Positions 1 through 10,943 of a stretch of DNA of 45,749 nt are shown one piece after another. Source of the stretch: a virus (taxonomy: Duplodnaviria > Heunggongvirae > Uroviricota > Caudoviricetes). The notes under the pieces are model-generated. The model was given only the letters and a program-made list of their open reading frames with translations. It had not been told where the DNA came from and did not search any database. The stretch lies in the IMG/VR virus record IMGVR_UViG_2534681762_000010. One strand, 5' to 3'. The position numbers were made by a program, and so were the translations under genes. Numbering within the stretch: the stretch's first letter is position 1; each line of letters starts with the position of its first letter.

Positions 1-1284
1 TTACAGACTTCTGGAAGGTTGCGCAGCTCTTACAACACGCGGTTGATCTTCCGCAGCGTCTTCCAGCGCACTTAAATCACGGTCTTTCACCTCTGGCATT
101 TTCAGCGCAGAGATTAAACCAATTACTGGATATGCCATGATCATAATGGCGATCGGATACCAGGATTCCGTCATGGTGCAGAAAATACCCGCCAGGATAG
201 GACCAAAACCGGAAGCGATAAGACCACCAATTTCTTTAGAAATAGCCATCCGGGTAAAGCGGTTTTTACAGCCGAACATTTCTGCCATGGTAATGTTTTC
301 CAGAGCAAATAATCCCAGCACCGCACAGTTATGAATCACAATCAGTGCAACCATAATGGTGCTCGGGGCATAGCTTTTATCTACAATGATAGAAAGCATT
401 GGCCATGCCAGCACAATCGCGGAGGTATTCATAATAATATACGGGATCCGGCGACCAATTTTATCGGATAACCAACCAAGGAACGGAATGGTCATAAAGC
501 CGAGAATCGAACTAATCATCAATGCATCTGTTGGAATTGCTTTGTTAAACAATAACGTCTGCACTAAATAGCCTGCAAGGAAAGTCTGAATTAACCCGGA
601 GTTACCCGCCTGACCAAAACGCAGCCCTGTTGCCAGCCAGAAGGATTTGCTCTGGAACATGCTACCAGCAGGTGCAGGTTTTGCTGTGGGTTGGTTGCTG
701 TCATTAACCTTCTCAAAGACCGGGCTTTCTTTCAGATTCATACGTAACCAGATAGCAAAGACCATCACGACAACGCTCGCCAGGAACGGTATACGCCATC
801 CCCACGCCAGCAGTTCCTCTTTACTGAGAATGAAGAACATAAAGGCCCAGATTGCCGTTGCGCTCAAGGTTCCGCAGTTAGTTCCCATAGCTACAAATGA
901 GGAGATAATTCCGCGCTTACCTTTTGGTGCATATTCCGCCAGCATCGTACCGGCACCGGAAATTTCCGCACCTGCACCCAACCCCTGAATAATACGCAGC
1001 GTCACCAGCAAGATGGGGGCAAAAACACCAATCTGTGCATAGGTCGGTAACACACCAATTAAGGTGGTACAGATCCCCATCATGGTGATGGTAATAAAGA
1101 GCACTTTTTTACGCCCTATTCTGTCGCCCATTTTGCCGAAAATAAATGCTCCGACAATACGCGCCACATAACCTGCACCGTAGGTTCCCATTGCCAAAAT
1201 TAACGCCATTGCCGTTGATGATTCAGGAAAAAATATTTCATGAAACACTAACGCTGCGCCGAGCGAATATAACTGGAAATCCAT
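1..1284 (-). CDS. ydfJ: MFS (metabolite:H+ symporter family) transporter YdfJ; N-terminal part of first TM helix missing, in-frame stop directly upstream of the ATG
   Basis: 427-aa multi-TM ORF with MHS-family motifs (GRKK, WGWRIPF, SDKIGRR); begins MDFQLY where family members have about 25 more N-terminal residues; stop at 1288-1290 in frame upstream. Confidence 0.8.
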   Translation of the reverse strand: MDFQLYSLGAALVFHEIFFPESSTAMALILAMGTYGAGYVARIVGAFIFGKMGDRIGRKKVLFITITMMGICTTLIGVLPTYAQIGVFAPILLVTLRIIQGLGAGAEISGAGTMLAEYAPKGKRGIISSFVAMGTNCGTLSATAIWAFMFFILSKEELLAWGWRIPFLASVVVMVFAIWLRMNLKESPVFEKVNDSNQPTAKPAPAGSMFQSKSFWLATGLRFGQAGNSGLIQTFLAGYLVQTLLFNKAIPTDALMISSILGFMTIPFLGWLSDKIGRRIPYIIMNTSAIVLAWPMLSIIVDKSYAPSTIMVALIVIHNCAVLGLFALENITMAEMFGCKNRFTRMAISKEIGGLIASGFGPILAGIFCTMTESWYPIAIMIMAYPVIGLISALKMPEVKDRDLSALEDAAEDQPRVVRAAQPSRSL

Positions 1285-1887
1285 AATTCACAGGTGTTTT
1301 TTCCCATCCTGTGGTTTCCTTGGCGTTTTCTAGGTTTTTTCAGATAGTTGCATTTTTTAAAAAGCATCCTAAGTTCGATCTCAGTGTCTATCTGGGGCCT
1401 ATTTCTGTCCCATATATGCCCCAAAAAAACTCCCCAACAGATAAGTAGTTTCTTCATGGATTTACGCATAAAATCAATAACGGCTGGAAATCATTCAATA
1501 CTCGCACTATCGAAAAATTTACCAGCCAACCGCAGCACGTTCTTGCATAAGGCGTGTCTGCGGTTTTTCAACTATTCAGATACATCACTCCCATCACATT
1601 CATTCCTCCGCATCAAAGGCATATAGGCTATATCACCTTGATATTTTTCTTCTTCAGATAAAAACTGTTATCTATGTATACTTTTAAACCCAATCCGTGT
1701 AGAGTCTCTGCATAAGATAGTTTGCAGTTGCCACTTCAGTTTGCGCCATAAACCGCCTGATTTTTGCCGCCACCTGTTAGCATTCCTGTATACCTGAAAC
1801 GACAATGTTTATCTACGAACTTTAAGAACACCCAGGATAAAAATTGTCAACTATATCATATATAACACATTACTAATTCGAGGCTAT

Positions 1888-2001
1888 ATGAACAGCATAC
1901 TGATAATCACTTCGCTCCTTATCATATTCAGCATTTTTAGTCATGCTCTAATAAAATTAGGGATTGGCATATCCAATAACCCAGACAAAACCGATGTATA
2001 A
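1888..2001 (+). CDS. small hydrophobic ORF (37 aa, single predicted TM helix), hypothetical
   Basis: ATG at 1888 with GAGG 4 nt upstream; [37 protein letters not shown]; below ORF-track size cutoff. Confidence 0.25.
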
Positions 2002-2069
2002 GTCAACATACCCTGAATCAGACATACGATATCGCAATGAAAATCGATAATATTTTAAGGAATATCTTC

Positions 2070-2303
2070 ATGAAATCAAAAGACACCCTAAAGTGGTTCC
2101 CTGCGCAACTTCCTGAAGTAAGAATTATCCTAGGGGATGCTGTAGTGGAAGTAGCAAAACAGGGAAGACCTATCAATACCAGAACATTGCTTGATTACAT
2201 TGAAGGAAACATAAAGAAAAAGTCATGGCTGGATAACAAAGAATTATTACAAACAGCGATATCAGTTCTTAAAGACAACAAAAATTTAAATGGTAAAATG
2301 TAA
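2070..2303 (+). CDS. ydfK: YdfK/YnaE-family prophage cold-shock-associated protein
   Basis: MKSKDTLKWFPAQLPEV... recognised as YdfK-like; AAGGAA 8 nt upstream of ATG 2070 (track start 2037 lacks an SD). Confidence 0.7.
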   Translation: MKSKDTLKWFPAQLPEVRIILGDAVVEVAKQGRPINTRTLLDYIEGNIKKKSWLDNKELLQTAISVLKDNKNLNGKM

Positions 2304-2621
2304 TATAATAAACTTACTTTTTTATCATTTTTCCACTTTAACAACATTTTGCTCCACTTTTCCACGACCAAACAACTTGAAATCTGGTTAAAATAACACG
2401 CAACACTATTCTTCTTCCTTGAGTCCGCCCGGAACTCGAAAAACAAACCGAGTTAAGGCCATTTTTCACAAAATCGATTTTGGGTCTCACCAAAATTACG
2501 GGATTGCATACGCATTCGTTTATTTTTGAACGTGTACATACAAATATGTACAAAAATAATCAAAATTATTTTCTGAGATGCATTATGATATGTACACCAA
2601 TTTCGTATAGAAGTTCTCACT

Positions 2622-3212
2622 ATGTCTCGAATTTATGCTTACTGTCGGGTATCAACTCTGGAACAGACAACCAAAAATCAACGTCGGGAAATCGAAAGTG
2701 CAGGTTTTAACATCAAATCTCAGCAAATAATTGAAGAACAAATTAGCGGCTCAGCAGCAACCAGTGAGCGTCCTGGTTTTAACCAGTTGCTTGATCGACT
2801 GAAAAGAGGTGATGAATTGATTGTCACAAAACTGGATCGCCTCGGTTGTAATCCAATGGATATCAGTAAAACGGTGGAACAACTGACCAAAGCAGGTATC
2901 AAAGTGCATTGCTTAGCATTGGGGGGCGTTGACCTGACCAGTCCACCTGGAAAAATGATGATGCAAGTAATTTCAGCAGTCGCTGAATTTGAGCGAGACC
3001 TTTTACTTGAGCGTACTCATTCAGGGATATTAAAAGCACGGGGCGCAGGAAAGCGATTTGGTCGCCCACCTGTGTTAAATGATGAACAAATACAGAGGGT
3101 ACTAGAGCAAATTAAGTCAGGTATAAATATAAGTGACATTGCCCAAGAATTCAAAACCTCGCGGCAAACCATTTTAAGAGCTAAAGCAAAAAATCAGACA
3201 CCTGATATATAA
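2622..3212 (+). CDS. pin: Pin/Gin/Hin-family serine DNA invertase
   Basis: 196 aa, N-terminal YCRVSTLEQ catalytic serine motif, resolvase core, C-terminal HTH; convergent with the tail-fibre gene. Confidence 0.9.
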   Translation: MSRIYAYCRVSTLEQTTKNQRREIESAGFNIKSQQIIEEQISGSAATSERPGFNQLLDRLKRGDELIVTKLDRLGCNPMDISKTVEQLTKAGIKVHCLALGGVDLTSPPGKMMMQVISAVAEFERDLLLERTHSGILKARGAGKRFGRPPVLNDEQIQRVLEQIKSGINISDIAQEFKTSRQTILRAKAKNQTPDI

Positions 3213-3483
3213 AAATAATCTCGGTGTGAGATTCCTTACGTTTTACAAGCCCCCCTTCCTAGCCTTAAATGGAAAGATACCTCTAATTATAGAATTTATA
3301 TATCTTACCCTACGGAAGGGCTGGCCATTCAATATCCGGTGCAGTTGATGTATCAACACGGTTCAGCAACACCCGATACTTTTTCCATGCGGCCAGTAAC
3401 GCTTTCTCTTCCTCCGTTGCGATCCCCAGCTCAACAACAGTCTGAACGTACCAGGAACAGCCTCCTTCAGGGCTTGAAGGATA

Positions 3484-6400
3484 TCAATGTTCGCTTCCTG
3501 TTAACTGCCGGACAAGTGCAACCAGTTCGCTTACCTGATTTTCCAGAGTGCTGATCCGGGTGCCTGCTGTTGCCAGATTTTCACGTAGCGTTGTGCTTTC
3601 CTCTTCCAGCGCGGTAACGCGAGCATCTGTTTCACGGGCGACCTGAACAAGTAAGCCAGTCACGGCGGCGTAGTCAACATTCAGATAACGTGTTTCTTCA
3701 CGTAATTCATTGCCGTCAACCGTTGGTCCCTGCAACTCTTCACCGTAATGAGTAAACGATCCCACAGCTTCTGGTATCGCCTCCATTACTTCCTGTGCAA
3801 TAACGCCAGCATAAGGCATCCCGTTTTCCTTGAGCGTGTAGGTGTATCCGTTCATTTTACGGATTGCTTTCGTCGCGTCGCTGATAACGAGAATATCGTC
3901 TTTAAGGTCGCGGTCTGATGACTGATTCAGCGTTGTGCAATTAATAGCGCCATTTACATCAAACAACTGGCCTGCTGACGTTTTTTGCGCATAAAACAGA
4001 TACGCAGCAGACGTTCCAACCTCAAAAACGTTTTGTCGATCACTTGATCCCCATACTTTTGCGGCAAATGATAGTTCTGTATTACCTAAGTTCTGTAAAA
4101 CAAAACGATTGCCAGTCCCTGTTTGTTTTGTAAGAGTTAAATCTACAGTTGAGTTAACCTCATCCTTGTTGATAGTGAGCGCCTGCGCTTTAGCCCCGTT
4201 AACAGCACCTGTTTTGAGTTGAACCGCGCCGTCATTACCATTTAACAGTATCTCAGCTCCGCTAAAGAAATTTTTTAGCGTTAGCATCTTACTTACGCCG
4301 ACTGATGAACCCAACGCCCACGCGAGAGAATTACCGGTGCTATCAAACCCACGTACAAAGCAATCCATTTTGCTATAGTCTGACGTGCTTCCAAGGACAT
4401 CAATCCGCCCTCCGCCAGATTTTACCGGGTTAGATGTGGTTAATGACCTGACAGCAAGATCGGTAGATGAATTGAGATCGTCTACTGTTAGTAATTTCTT
4501 CCATTCCTGCGTCGTTCCATTTTCAATTGTTCTTCCCCAAAAACCGGAATTGCGGCCTCCGAACTGCACAGCATAATTTTTACTAAATTGAACATGAATG
4601 CCGCCAAGAACCATAGAGCCTGCCGGGCCGTTTGTACTGCCTGCGATTGGTCTAAATTTGTCGACGTTATCAGTATGCTGAGCGTTCCAGTCATGACCTG
4701 TTAATGTTGCGATTCCTGAGTTAGCTGTAATTAACCCAGACGCTTTAAGATTTTGCACATCAATTCTGTCGTTTGCGAAATTATATGCAATTGCGTTACT
4801 AACGCTTCCGGCATCATCATAATCGCGTTTCTGAATAAACCAGTCGCCAGCATTAGCAATGAGAGTATAAGTAGGCGTGTTAGCCGGGCGATCTGTTTCA
4901 TTAAATCTTATTGCTGGGTTAGCGCTCCTTATTTGTAAAGGTTTTTCAACCGTTGATTTCAGTATCGCACTATCTACAATTAAATTACCTTCTGAGTTAA
5001 GGTTTAGATATTTTGAAGCACCAGTTGAACCATCGTATGTAAACCTTATTGTTAATTGACCTGGCTCATTTGATAAAGTTTCAACATACATATCAGCACC
5101 AAGACGCACAGTGCTGTCAGTTGCTAACAGTCTTGTATGGAGAATTCCACTAGATGTGTATGTACTGGTCGAATCACTATATCTATCAAGAAATAGACTG
5201 TTAAGTTGAGGGCTGTTGTTCCTACCTAAGCCAAGATTAGTTCTGGCACCATCAATAGTTGCCGCACCAGTACCACCATGAGAAACATCAAGCGGTATCC
5301 ATTTTTTTTGTGTGTCGCTGTAACACCCCCATGTTGATCCGGTTAAACCCAGGCGCATGGATTTATCATGGTTATATAACCATGTTTCGCTATTCCATTG
5401 GTCAAGACGGTCCACTTCATTTTTGCGAGCGTGGCGTGTCCATTGCGGGCCTATTGTCGGATTCCAGCGATAAGTATAAAGCGAGCGCGTAGCCCATCCC
5501 TGAAAAACACCTGTATACGCTGGTGTTCCATCTACCTGACTAATAAACCCCGTAAGACTGCTTTCACCGGATGCAATCGATGGAAAGCCTTTTGCATTAC
5601 TCATAATGCGCATAAATCCGATATACCCTGATGGGTTGCCGGAAATATCAGGACAATCACGCGGGGCTGAGCCAAGACCGATATTATCGCCAACAATTAC
5701 TTGCGCCTGGTTGCGATAATTAAGTGCGTCCGCCGCAGATTTCGCCGCGTTTGTTTCACTGGATTTAGCATTAGTTTCGCTGGCTTTAGCGTTTGTTTCG
5801 CTGCTCTTTGCTGCTGCCTCGCTATTTTTCGCGTTGGTTTCTGATTTTTTGGCTGCTGTCGCGGAGTTTGCCGATGCAGTTTGTGAGTCTGCTGCCGCCT
5901 GTGCGCTGTTATCCGCATTCGTCTCAGACGTTTTTGCGGCCTTCGCGGAATTTCCTGCCGCCGTTGCCGAGGAAGCGGCACTGCTGGCGCTCGAGGCAGC
6001 GCTCGTTTCTGATGATTTTGCCGCCTCTTTTGAAGCCGACGCATCCCGGGCTGAGGTGGCAGCTTCTGACGCTTTCGTGGTCGCGGTGGATGCAGAAGTG
6101 GCTGCTGATTGTTGTGATGCTGCAGCATTCGTTTCTGACGTTTTCGCCGCACCGGCACTGGTGGCTGCCGCGCTTTTTGAGGACTCTGCTGCGGCAGCAC
6201 TTTTTAATGCTTCAGTGGCCTTTGTTGATGCCGTTCCTGCGCTGGAAGACGCTGACTGAGCCGACGACGCGGCCTGTCCGGCTGACGTGTTGGCTGCGCG
6301 TGCTGAGCCTGCAGCATCAGTCGCATGGGTTGCCGCCTCACGGGCTGATGTGCTGGCATCGCTGGCTGACTTCTTCGCGGCTGCCGTGTCCTGTGCCACT

Positions 6401-6756
6401 GCGGACGCGTTACGCGCCACCTCTTCCACCATCAGTTCAAAACGGCGCAGTGCCTCCGGACGGGCATCATCCTCCGTCATGGCACCGAGAAAATCATTCA
6501 GCGTACCGGGTTGAGAATCTTCATACACGGTGATGGTCCCGGCATGTGACGGCGGGAATCCCTCCACCAACAGAATAACGCTGTACTGGCCGTGCTCAAC
6601 GTCCATGCTGTAACGCCCTGCTTCATCCGGATTTTCAGATGCCACCGTGTTCACCACCACCGTGGTGCTGTTACGTTTTGCTTTCAGCTGGATTGTGCAG
6701 TTCTGTACCGGTTTACCTGCACCGTCTTTCAGTACACCTGAAATCTTTACTGCCAT
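3484..6756 (-). CDS. stf: side tail fibre (lambda Stf-like N-terminus, Ala/Ser/Thr repeat shaft, C-terminal S74-type intramolecular chaperone domain)
   Basis: N-terminus MAVKISGVLKDGAGKPVQNCTIQLKAKRNSTTVVVNT matches lambda Stf; C-terminus ...SSDRDLKDDILVISDATKAIRKMNGYTYTLKENG... resembles autocleaving chaperone domain; ATG at 6756 (track start 6762 is GTG). Confidence 0.9.
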   Translation of the reverse strand: MAVKISGVLKDGAGKPVQNCTIQLKAKRNSTTVVVNTVASENPDEAGRYSMDVEHGQYSVILLVEGFPPSHAGTITVYEDSQPGTLNDFLGAMTEDDARPEALRRFELMVEEVARNASAVAQDTAAAKKSASDASTSAREAATHATDAAGSARAANTSAGQAASSAQSASSSAGTASTKATEALKSAAAAESSKSAAATSAGAAKTSETNAAASQQSAATSASTATTKASEAATSARDASASKEAAKSSETSAASSASSAASSATAAGNSAKAAKTSETNADNSAQAAADSQTASANSATAAKKSETNAKNSEAAAKSSETNAKASETNAKSSETNAAKSAADALNYRNQAQVIVGDNIGLGSAPRDCPDISGNPSGYIGFMRIMSNAKGFPSIASGESSLTGFISQVDGTPAYTGVFQGWATRSLYTYRWNPTIGPQWTRHARKNEVDRLDQWNSETWLYNHDKSMRLGLTGSTWGCYSDTQKKWIPLDVSHGGTGAATIDGARTNLGLGRNNSPQLNSLFLDRYSDSTSTYTSSGILHTRLLATDSTVRLGADMYVETLSNEPGQLTIRFTYDGSTGASKYLNLNSEGNLIVDSAILKSTVEKPLQIRSANPAIRFNETDRPANTPTYTLIANAGDWFIQKRDYDDAGSVSNAIAYNFANDRIDVQNLKASGLITANSGIATLTGHDWNAQHTDNVDKFRPIAGSTNGPAGSMVLGGIHVQFSKNYAVQFGGRNSGFWGRTIENGTTQEWKKLLTVDDLNSSTDLAVRSLTTSNPVKSGGGRIDVLGSTSDYSKMDCFVRGFDSTGNSLAWALGSSVGVSKMLTLKNFFSGAEILLNGNDGAVQLKTGAVNGAKAQALTINKDEVNSTVDLTLTKQTGTGNRFVLQNLGNTELSFAAKVWGSSDRQNVFEVGTSAAYLFYAQKTSAGQLFDVNGAINCTTLNQSSDRDLKDDILVISDATKAIRKMNGYTYTLKENGMPYAGVIAQEVMEAIPEAVGSFTHYGEELQGPTVDGNELREETRYLNVDYAAVTGLLVQVARETDARVTALEEESTTLRENLATAGTRISTLENQVSELVALVRQLTGSEH
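5709..6414 (-). repeat. degenerate tandem repeats encoding the Ala/Ser/Thr/Lys-rich shaft of Stf
   Basis: repeated units such as gtttcgctgg...ttagc at DNA level and AAKTSETNA / KSSETNAK repeats in the protein; produce long spurious ORFs in other frames. Confidence 0.6.
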
Positions 6757-6765
6757 ATTCACCCC

Positions 6766-6794
6766 ACAAAAAAGCCCGCCTGAACCAGCGGGCT
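6766..6794 (-). terminator. putative intrinsic terminator between lom and stf
   Basis: hairpin AGCCCGC-N8-GCGGGCT followed by T-run on minus strand. Confidence 0.45.
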
Positions 6795-6820
6795 GTCATA
6801 ACACTGTGTTACCTGGCTAA

Positions 6821-7420
6821 TCAGAACTTATAACCAACACCCACGATGAACCCGTCAGTGCGCCAGTCGCCACTGCCGGAGCCTTCATAAGCGACATCAA
6901 TGGCCACCGATTCGGTCGGGTTAAACTGCACGCCAGCTCCCCACGCCAGAGACGTGTTGCTGTGGTGACCGTCATCACTTCCGGTCAGCACATCATGCGT
7001 TTTCCCCTTGTTGTCAGTTACGCGGAGATAATCCCCGGAGAAAGTCGACACACGGCTGTAAGCCACACCCGCCATCGCATACGCGCTGAACCATTCATTC
7101 ACGCGCACAGACGGTCCCGCCATCACGCTGAACCAGCGGTTACGCACGGAATCCTCATGCCAGCGGGTATCGCTGTAATGCGTTTTTTGCTCATCTTCAG
7201 CGTTGGCATAACTGAATGACGTAATCAGCCCCAGCGTGTCCGTAAACTCATAACGGTATTTCACGTTAATCCCGTTCAGATTATCGCTGCCGGGAGCGTT
7301 CGTACGGGCATGAAGATACCCTGCGCTCAGTGTGGCCTGCTGCTCAGACGCCCATGCAGGCGCACCGGATACGGCCAGACAGATGGCTGCGGACAAAATG
7401 GCTGCATAAACTTTACGCAT
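6821..7420 (-). CDS. lom: Lom/Ail/PagC-family outer-membrane beta-barrel protein
   Basis: 199 aa, signal peptide, C-terminal ...GVGYKF typical of Ail/Lom family; position between J and stf as in lambda. Confidence 0.85.
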   Translation of the reverse strand: MRKVYAAILSAAICLAVSGAPAWASEQQATLSAGYLHARTNAPGSDNLNGINVKYRYEFTDTLGLITSFSYANAEDEQKTHYSDTRWHEDSVRNRWFSVMAGPSVRVNEWFSAYAMAGVAYSRVSTFSGDYLRVTDNKGKTHDVLTGSDDGHHSNTSLAWGAGVQFNPTESVAIDVAYEGSGSGDWRTDGFIVGVGYKF

Positions 7421-7487
7421 AATTACCTCTCGCTTTTCTGCAATAAAAAAGGCGCCATTTCTGGCGCCCGTATTGGGGTTATAAAAT

Positions 7488-10400
7488 TCAGCTGATACTG
7501 ATGCCTGCGGTGGCTTTCTTCATCACCACAACCAGCAAATCGCTGATACTTGCTGTGGGATACCAGTCATTTACCAGCCATGCTGACACCGAAAACTCCA
7601 GCGTCATGTGGCCGCGACCAGCTGGCATATCAATAACACCACTGTAAATCAGCGTATTATCCAGCGCGGTATGGTTATAAATTTCAGCACCGTTTTTCCG
7701 TACTATCAGGCGGCATGAGGAGTAGATATCAGTATGATCTTGCTCATGTTTAGCGCCACTGAATGCCACCGCCGGGATAACAATTTGCCGGTCAAACGGC
7801 TGATCGTCATAAACCCTGACGGTAATGGTCCCTGATGGCCACCGCTCCGGTGCACGGGAGTCCCGGGGGAAAGCCTTACCCACTGTTTTGACAATATCAC
7901 CTTCAATCTGGTTGGCTGACAGTTTCCCCTTAATCTGACAGTTCTCATTAATCGTGACATTGTTGAGCGTCCCGGCGTTCGCATTCACACTGCCACTGAT
8001 ATCTGCATTTTTAGCGGTCAGCTTTCCGTCCGGTGTCAGGGAAAATGCCGGAGGATTACCGCCGCTGGTAATGGTGGGAGCCGTCAGGCGTTTGAGGAAC
8101 ACGTCGTTCATGAATATCTGGTTGCCCTGCGCCACAAACATCGGCGTTTCATTCCCGTTTGCCGGGTCAATAAACGCGATACGGTTAGCGGCAACCAGAA
8201 ACTGGCTCAGTTTGCCTTCCTCTGTATCCTCCATGCTGAGGCCAAGTCCCGCGACATAATGTTTGCCGTCTTTGGTCTGCTCAATTTTGACAGCCCACAT
8301 GGCATTCCATTTATCGTTGGCATCCTTCCACTCTTTCGAAAACTCATCCAGTCTGCTGGCGTTATCCTCCGTCAGGTCGACTTTTTCCAGCAACTCCTTG
8401 CCGAGATGAGATTCGGTTATCTTGCCTTTGAAAAAATCCAGGTAACCTTCCGCATCATCGCTCGCCCGACCGACAGCCTCCACGAATGCCGATTTGCCAA
8501 CGGTGTTCACACTGCGAACGTAAAAATAATAATCATGGCCCGGCCTGATATTGATACTGGCAGCTATCCAGTACAGCGCCGTGCCAAGATAGCGGGCTGT
8601 GGTTTCAACCTGCCTGATATCAGCAATCCGTTTTTCCGAGAACCAGAACTCAAACTGTACCGTCGGGTCATAAACCGCAAGATGCGGCGTGGCGGTTATC
8701 TGAAAATAGCCCGGTGTCAGCTCAATCCGAGACGGCGCTGCCGGTGCGGCAATCCGGAACGATACCGATGCCGGATCGCCCTGCTGTCCCCACGCATTTA
8801 CCGCCCGGACTGTCAGCCTGTAGTTCCCCAGCGCCAGTTGCGTGAAGCGGTATGTGGTTTCCGTCGTCCGGGCCGTGCTGACCAGCCGCTCACTGCCGTC
8901 ATCCGCTGCCACGGTCAGGCGAAGCATAAAGCTCACCCCCTTCACCACCTTCGGCGTGTCCCAGCGGGCCAGCACCTGATATTCCCCGCTGTCTGCGGAG
9001 ACTTCGGCAGTCAGGTGCTGTACCGCTGGCGGCGTGACACCATTCACCGTGCCGCTCTGGTCGCTGTCAAAGTGCGCCCCGTTATCCACGATGGCCTCTT
9101 TTTCAGGTACATGCTGCACGGCAGTGATGGCATACGTGCCGTCGTCGTTCTCACGGATACTCACGCAGCGGAACAGGCGCTGGCGCAGCGTCGGCAGCTT
9201 CAGCCCCCACACGCTGTATTCTGCAACGCCGTCAGGAACCCGGCTCACTTTTACCTTCACGCCGTCGGTGACGGACTGAACCTCCACGCTGACCGGATTG
9301 CCATTTCCGTCAACCAGGCTTATCAGCGTGGTGCCGGAGGATGGCAGCGTGATTTCACGGTCGAGCGTCAGCGTCCGGGTCTGGCTGTTCACCGCCAGCA
9401 CGCGACCACCGGTGCTGATACCGGCATAGTCATCATCACAGATTTCAATAACATCGCCCGGCACATGGCGAAGCCCTTCCGCACCCACGCTGAAATCCAC
9501 GGTCTGCGTTTCCAGCAGTTCCGTTTTAATCAGCCACAGCCCGGCGCGGTGTGCCTGCCCCCGACTGGTACAACCAAAGGCATCCATCTTCGTGACATTA
9601 CGACCGTAACGGGCAATGGCCTGCGTATCTTCAACAAGCTCTGTCGCCGTCTCCCAGCCGTTGTTCGGGTCAATCCAGTTCACCTCAACGGCATTATGGC
9701 GGTCCTTCAGGGCGCTGAAGCTGTAGCGGAACGGCGCGCCATCATCCGGCATCACCACATTACTGCGGTTATAGGTCCACACCTTATCCGACTGTCGGTC
9801 CTGCACGAACGTCAGCGTCTGCCCGTTCCATACCGGCATACAGCGCATCGCCGAGCAGAAATCACTGAGCACATCCCACGCCTTGCGCTGTGTGGTCAGG
9901 TAAGCGTTACAGGTGATGCGCGGCTCCGTGCCGCCAAAGCCGTCCGGCACCGACTGATCGCAATTCTGGCCGATGACATACAGCGCCCATTTATCCACAT
10001 CCGCCGCACCAAGACGTTTCCCCATGCCGTAGCGCGGGTGGGTCAGCATATCCCACAGACACCAGGCCATATTGTTGCTGTATGCTGGCTTAAACGTTCC
10101 GTCCCAGATACCGCTGTATTGCCGCGTCTGCGGGTTATAGTTCGACGGCACCTGCAGAATGCGCCCGCGAAGATGATAATTACGGCTCACCTGCTGGCTG
10201 CCGAACTGCTCCGAGTCCACCTGCACACCGACCAGTGCCGTGTTCGGGTAGCACTGTTTCACATCGATGATTTCGGTGTATGATGACCAGAGCGTTTTGT
10301 TCTGCAGCTGGTCTGTGGTGCTGTCCGGCGTCATCCTGCGCATCCGGATATTAAACGGGCGCGGCGGCAGGTTATCCACCACCACCGAGGCCAGATACTG

Positions 10401-10883
10401 CGACGTGGTTTTGCCCTTAATGGTGATGTCTTTTTCCGTCACCCAGCCACCATTACGCTGTATCTGAACCAGCAGGCGGACTTCCGACGGATTCCGATCA
10501 CCCTTTGAGGTGGTTTCCACCAGTGCCTGCACGCCGAAAGTAAAACGCAGACGGTCAATGTTTGCCGACGTGATGGTCCGGGTGATCGGCGTGTCATATT
10601 TCACTTCCGTACCCAGCACCGTCTCGGAGCCGGAGGATTCAAATCCCTCCGGCGGTGTCTGCTCCTGCTCACCTGCCCGGAACACCACCGTGACGCCGGA
10701 GATATTGGTATTCCCCTCACTGTCCAGCACCGGCGTACTGTTCAGCAGCACGCTTTTTAATCCATCCACCGGACCTTCAACCGGCCCTTCGCTGATGGCA
10801 TCGATCACACTCAGCAGCTGCGTGGACTTCAGGTTGTCCTTCGCTTCGCGCGGGGTATGCCCCTTACTGCTGCCTTTACCCAT
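7488..10883 (-). CDS. J: tail tip / host specificity protein J
   Basis: 1131 aa; N-terminus [24 protein letters not shown] matches lambda J; C-terminal about 150 aa diverge from lambda J. Confidence 0.95.
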   Translation of the reverse strand: MGKGSSKGHTPREAKDNLKSTQLLSVIDAISEGPVEGPVDGLKSVLLNSTPVLDSEGNTNISGVTVVFRAGEQEQTPPEGFESSGSETVLGTEVKYDTPITRTITSANIDRLRFTFGVQALVETTSKGDRNPSEVRLLVQIQRNGGWVTEKDITIKGKTTSQYLASVVVDNLPPRPFNIRMRRMTPDSTTDQLQNKTLWSSYTEIIDVKQCYPNTALVGVQVDSEQFGSQQVSRNYHLRGRILQVPSNYNPQTRQYSGIWDGTFKPAYSNNMAWCLWDMLTHPRYGMGKRLGAADVDKWALYVIGQNCDQSVPDGFGGTEPRITCNAYLTTQRKAWDVLSDFCSAMRCMPVWNGQTLTFVQDRQSDKVWTYNRSNVVMPDDGAPFRYSFSALKDRHNAVEVNWIDPNNGWETATELVEDTQAIARYGRNVTKMDAFGCTSRGQAHRAGLWLIKTELLETQTVDFSVGAEGLRHVPGDVIEICDDDYAGISTGGRVLAVNSQTRTLTLDREITLPSSGTTLISLVDGNGNPVSVEVQSVTDGVKVKVSRVPDGVAEYSVWGLKLPTLRQRLFRCVSIRENDDGTYAITAVQHVPEKEAIVDNGAHFDSDQSGTVNGVTPPAVQHLTAEVSADSGEYQVLARWDTPKVVKGVSFMLRLTVAADDGSERLVSTARTTETTYRFTQLALGNYRLTVRAVNAWGQQGDPASVSFRIAAPAAPSRIELTPGYFQITATPHLAVYDPTVQFEFWFSEKRIADIRQVETTARYLGTALYWIAASINIRPGHDYYFYVRSVNTVGKSAFVEAVGRASDDAEGYLDFFKGKITESHLGKELLEKVDLTEDNASRLDEFSKEWKDANDKWNAMWAVKIEQTKDGKHYVAGLGLSMEDTEEGKLSQFLVAANRIAFIDPANGNETPMFVAQGNQIFMNDVFLKRLTAPTITSGGNPPAFSLTPDGKLTAKNADISGSVNANAGTLNNVTINENCQIKGKLSANQIEGDIVKTVGKAFPRDSRAPERWPSGTITVRVYDDQPFDRQIVIPAVAFSGAKHEQDHTDIYSSCRLIVRKNGAEIYNHTALDNTLIYSGVIDMPAGRGHMTLEFSVSAWLVNDWYPTASISDLLVVVMKKATAGISIS

Positions 10884-10943
10884 TCGTCACGCTCCATAAA
10901 CGACAAAACCGCCCGCAGGCGGTTTCACATAAAACATTTTGCA

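Noticed and set aside
2430-3512. gix-like half-sites as a functional inversion system
   Set aside because: Only degenerate single half-sites, one inside the pin coding region; no inverted pair bounding a plausible segment
5697-6533. Several 140-250-aa ORFs (5697-6200 minus, 5793-6533 plus, 5834-6259 plus, 6287-6514 plus) over the fibre shaft
   Set aside because: Generated by the tandem Ala/Ser/Thr-coding repeats of stf; low-complexity Arg/Pro/Gln or Ala-rich products
8259-10283. 674-aa plus-strand ORF inside the J gene
   Set aside because: Antisense to a well-supported J gene; Arg/His/Pro-rich composition typical of reverse-frame artefacts; no SD
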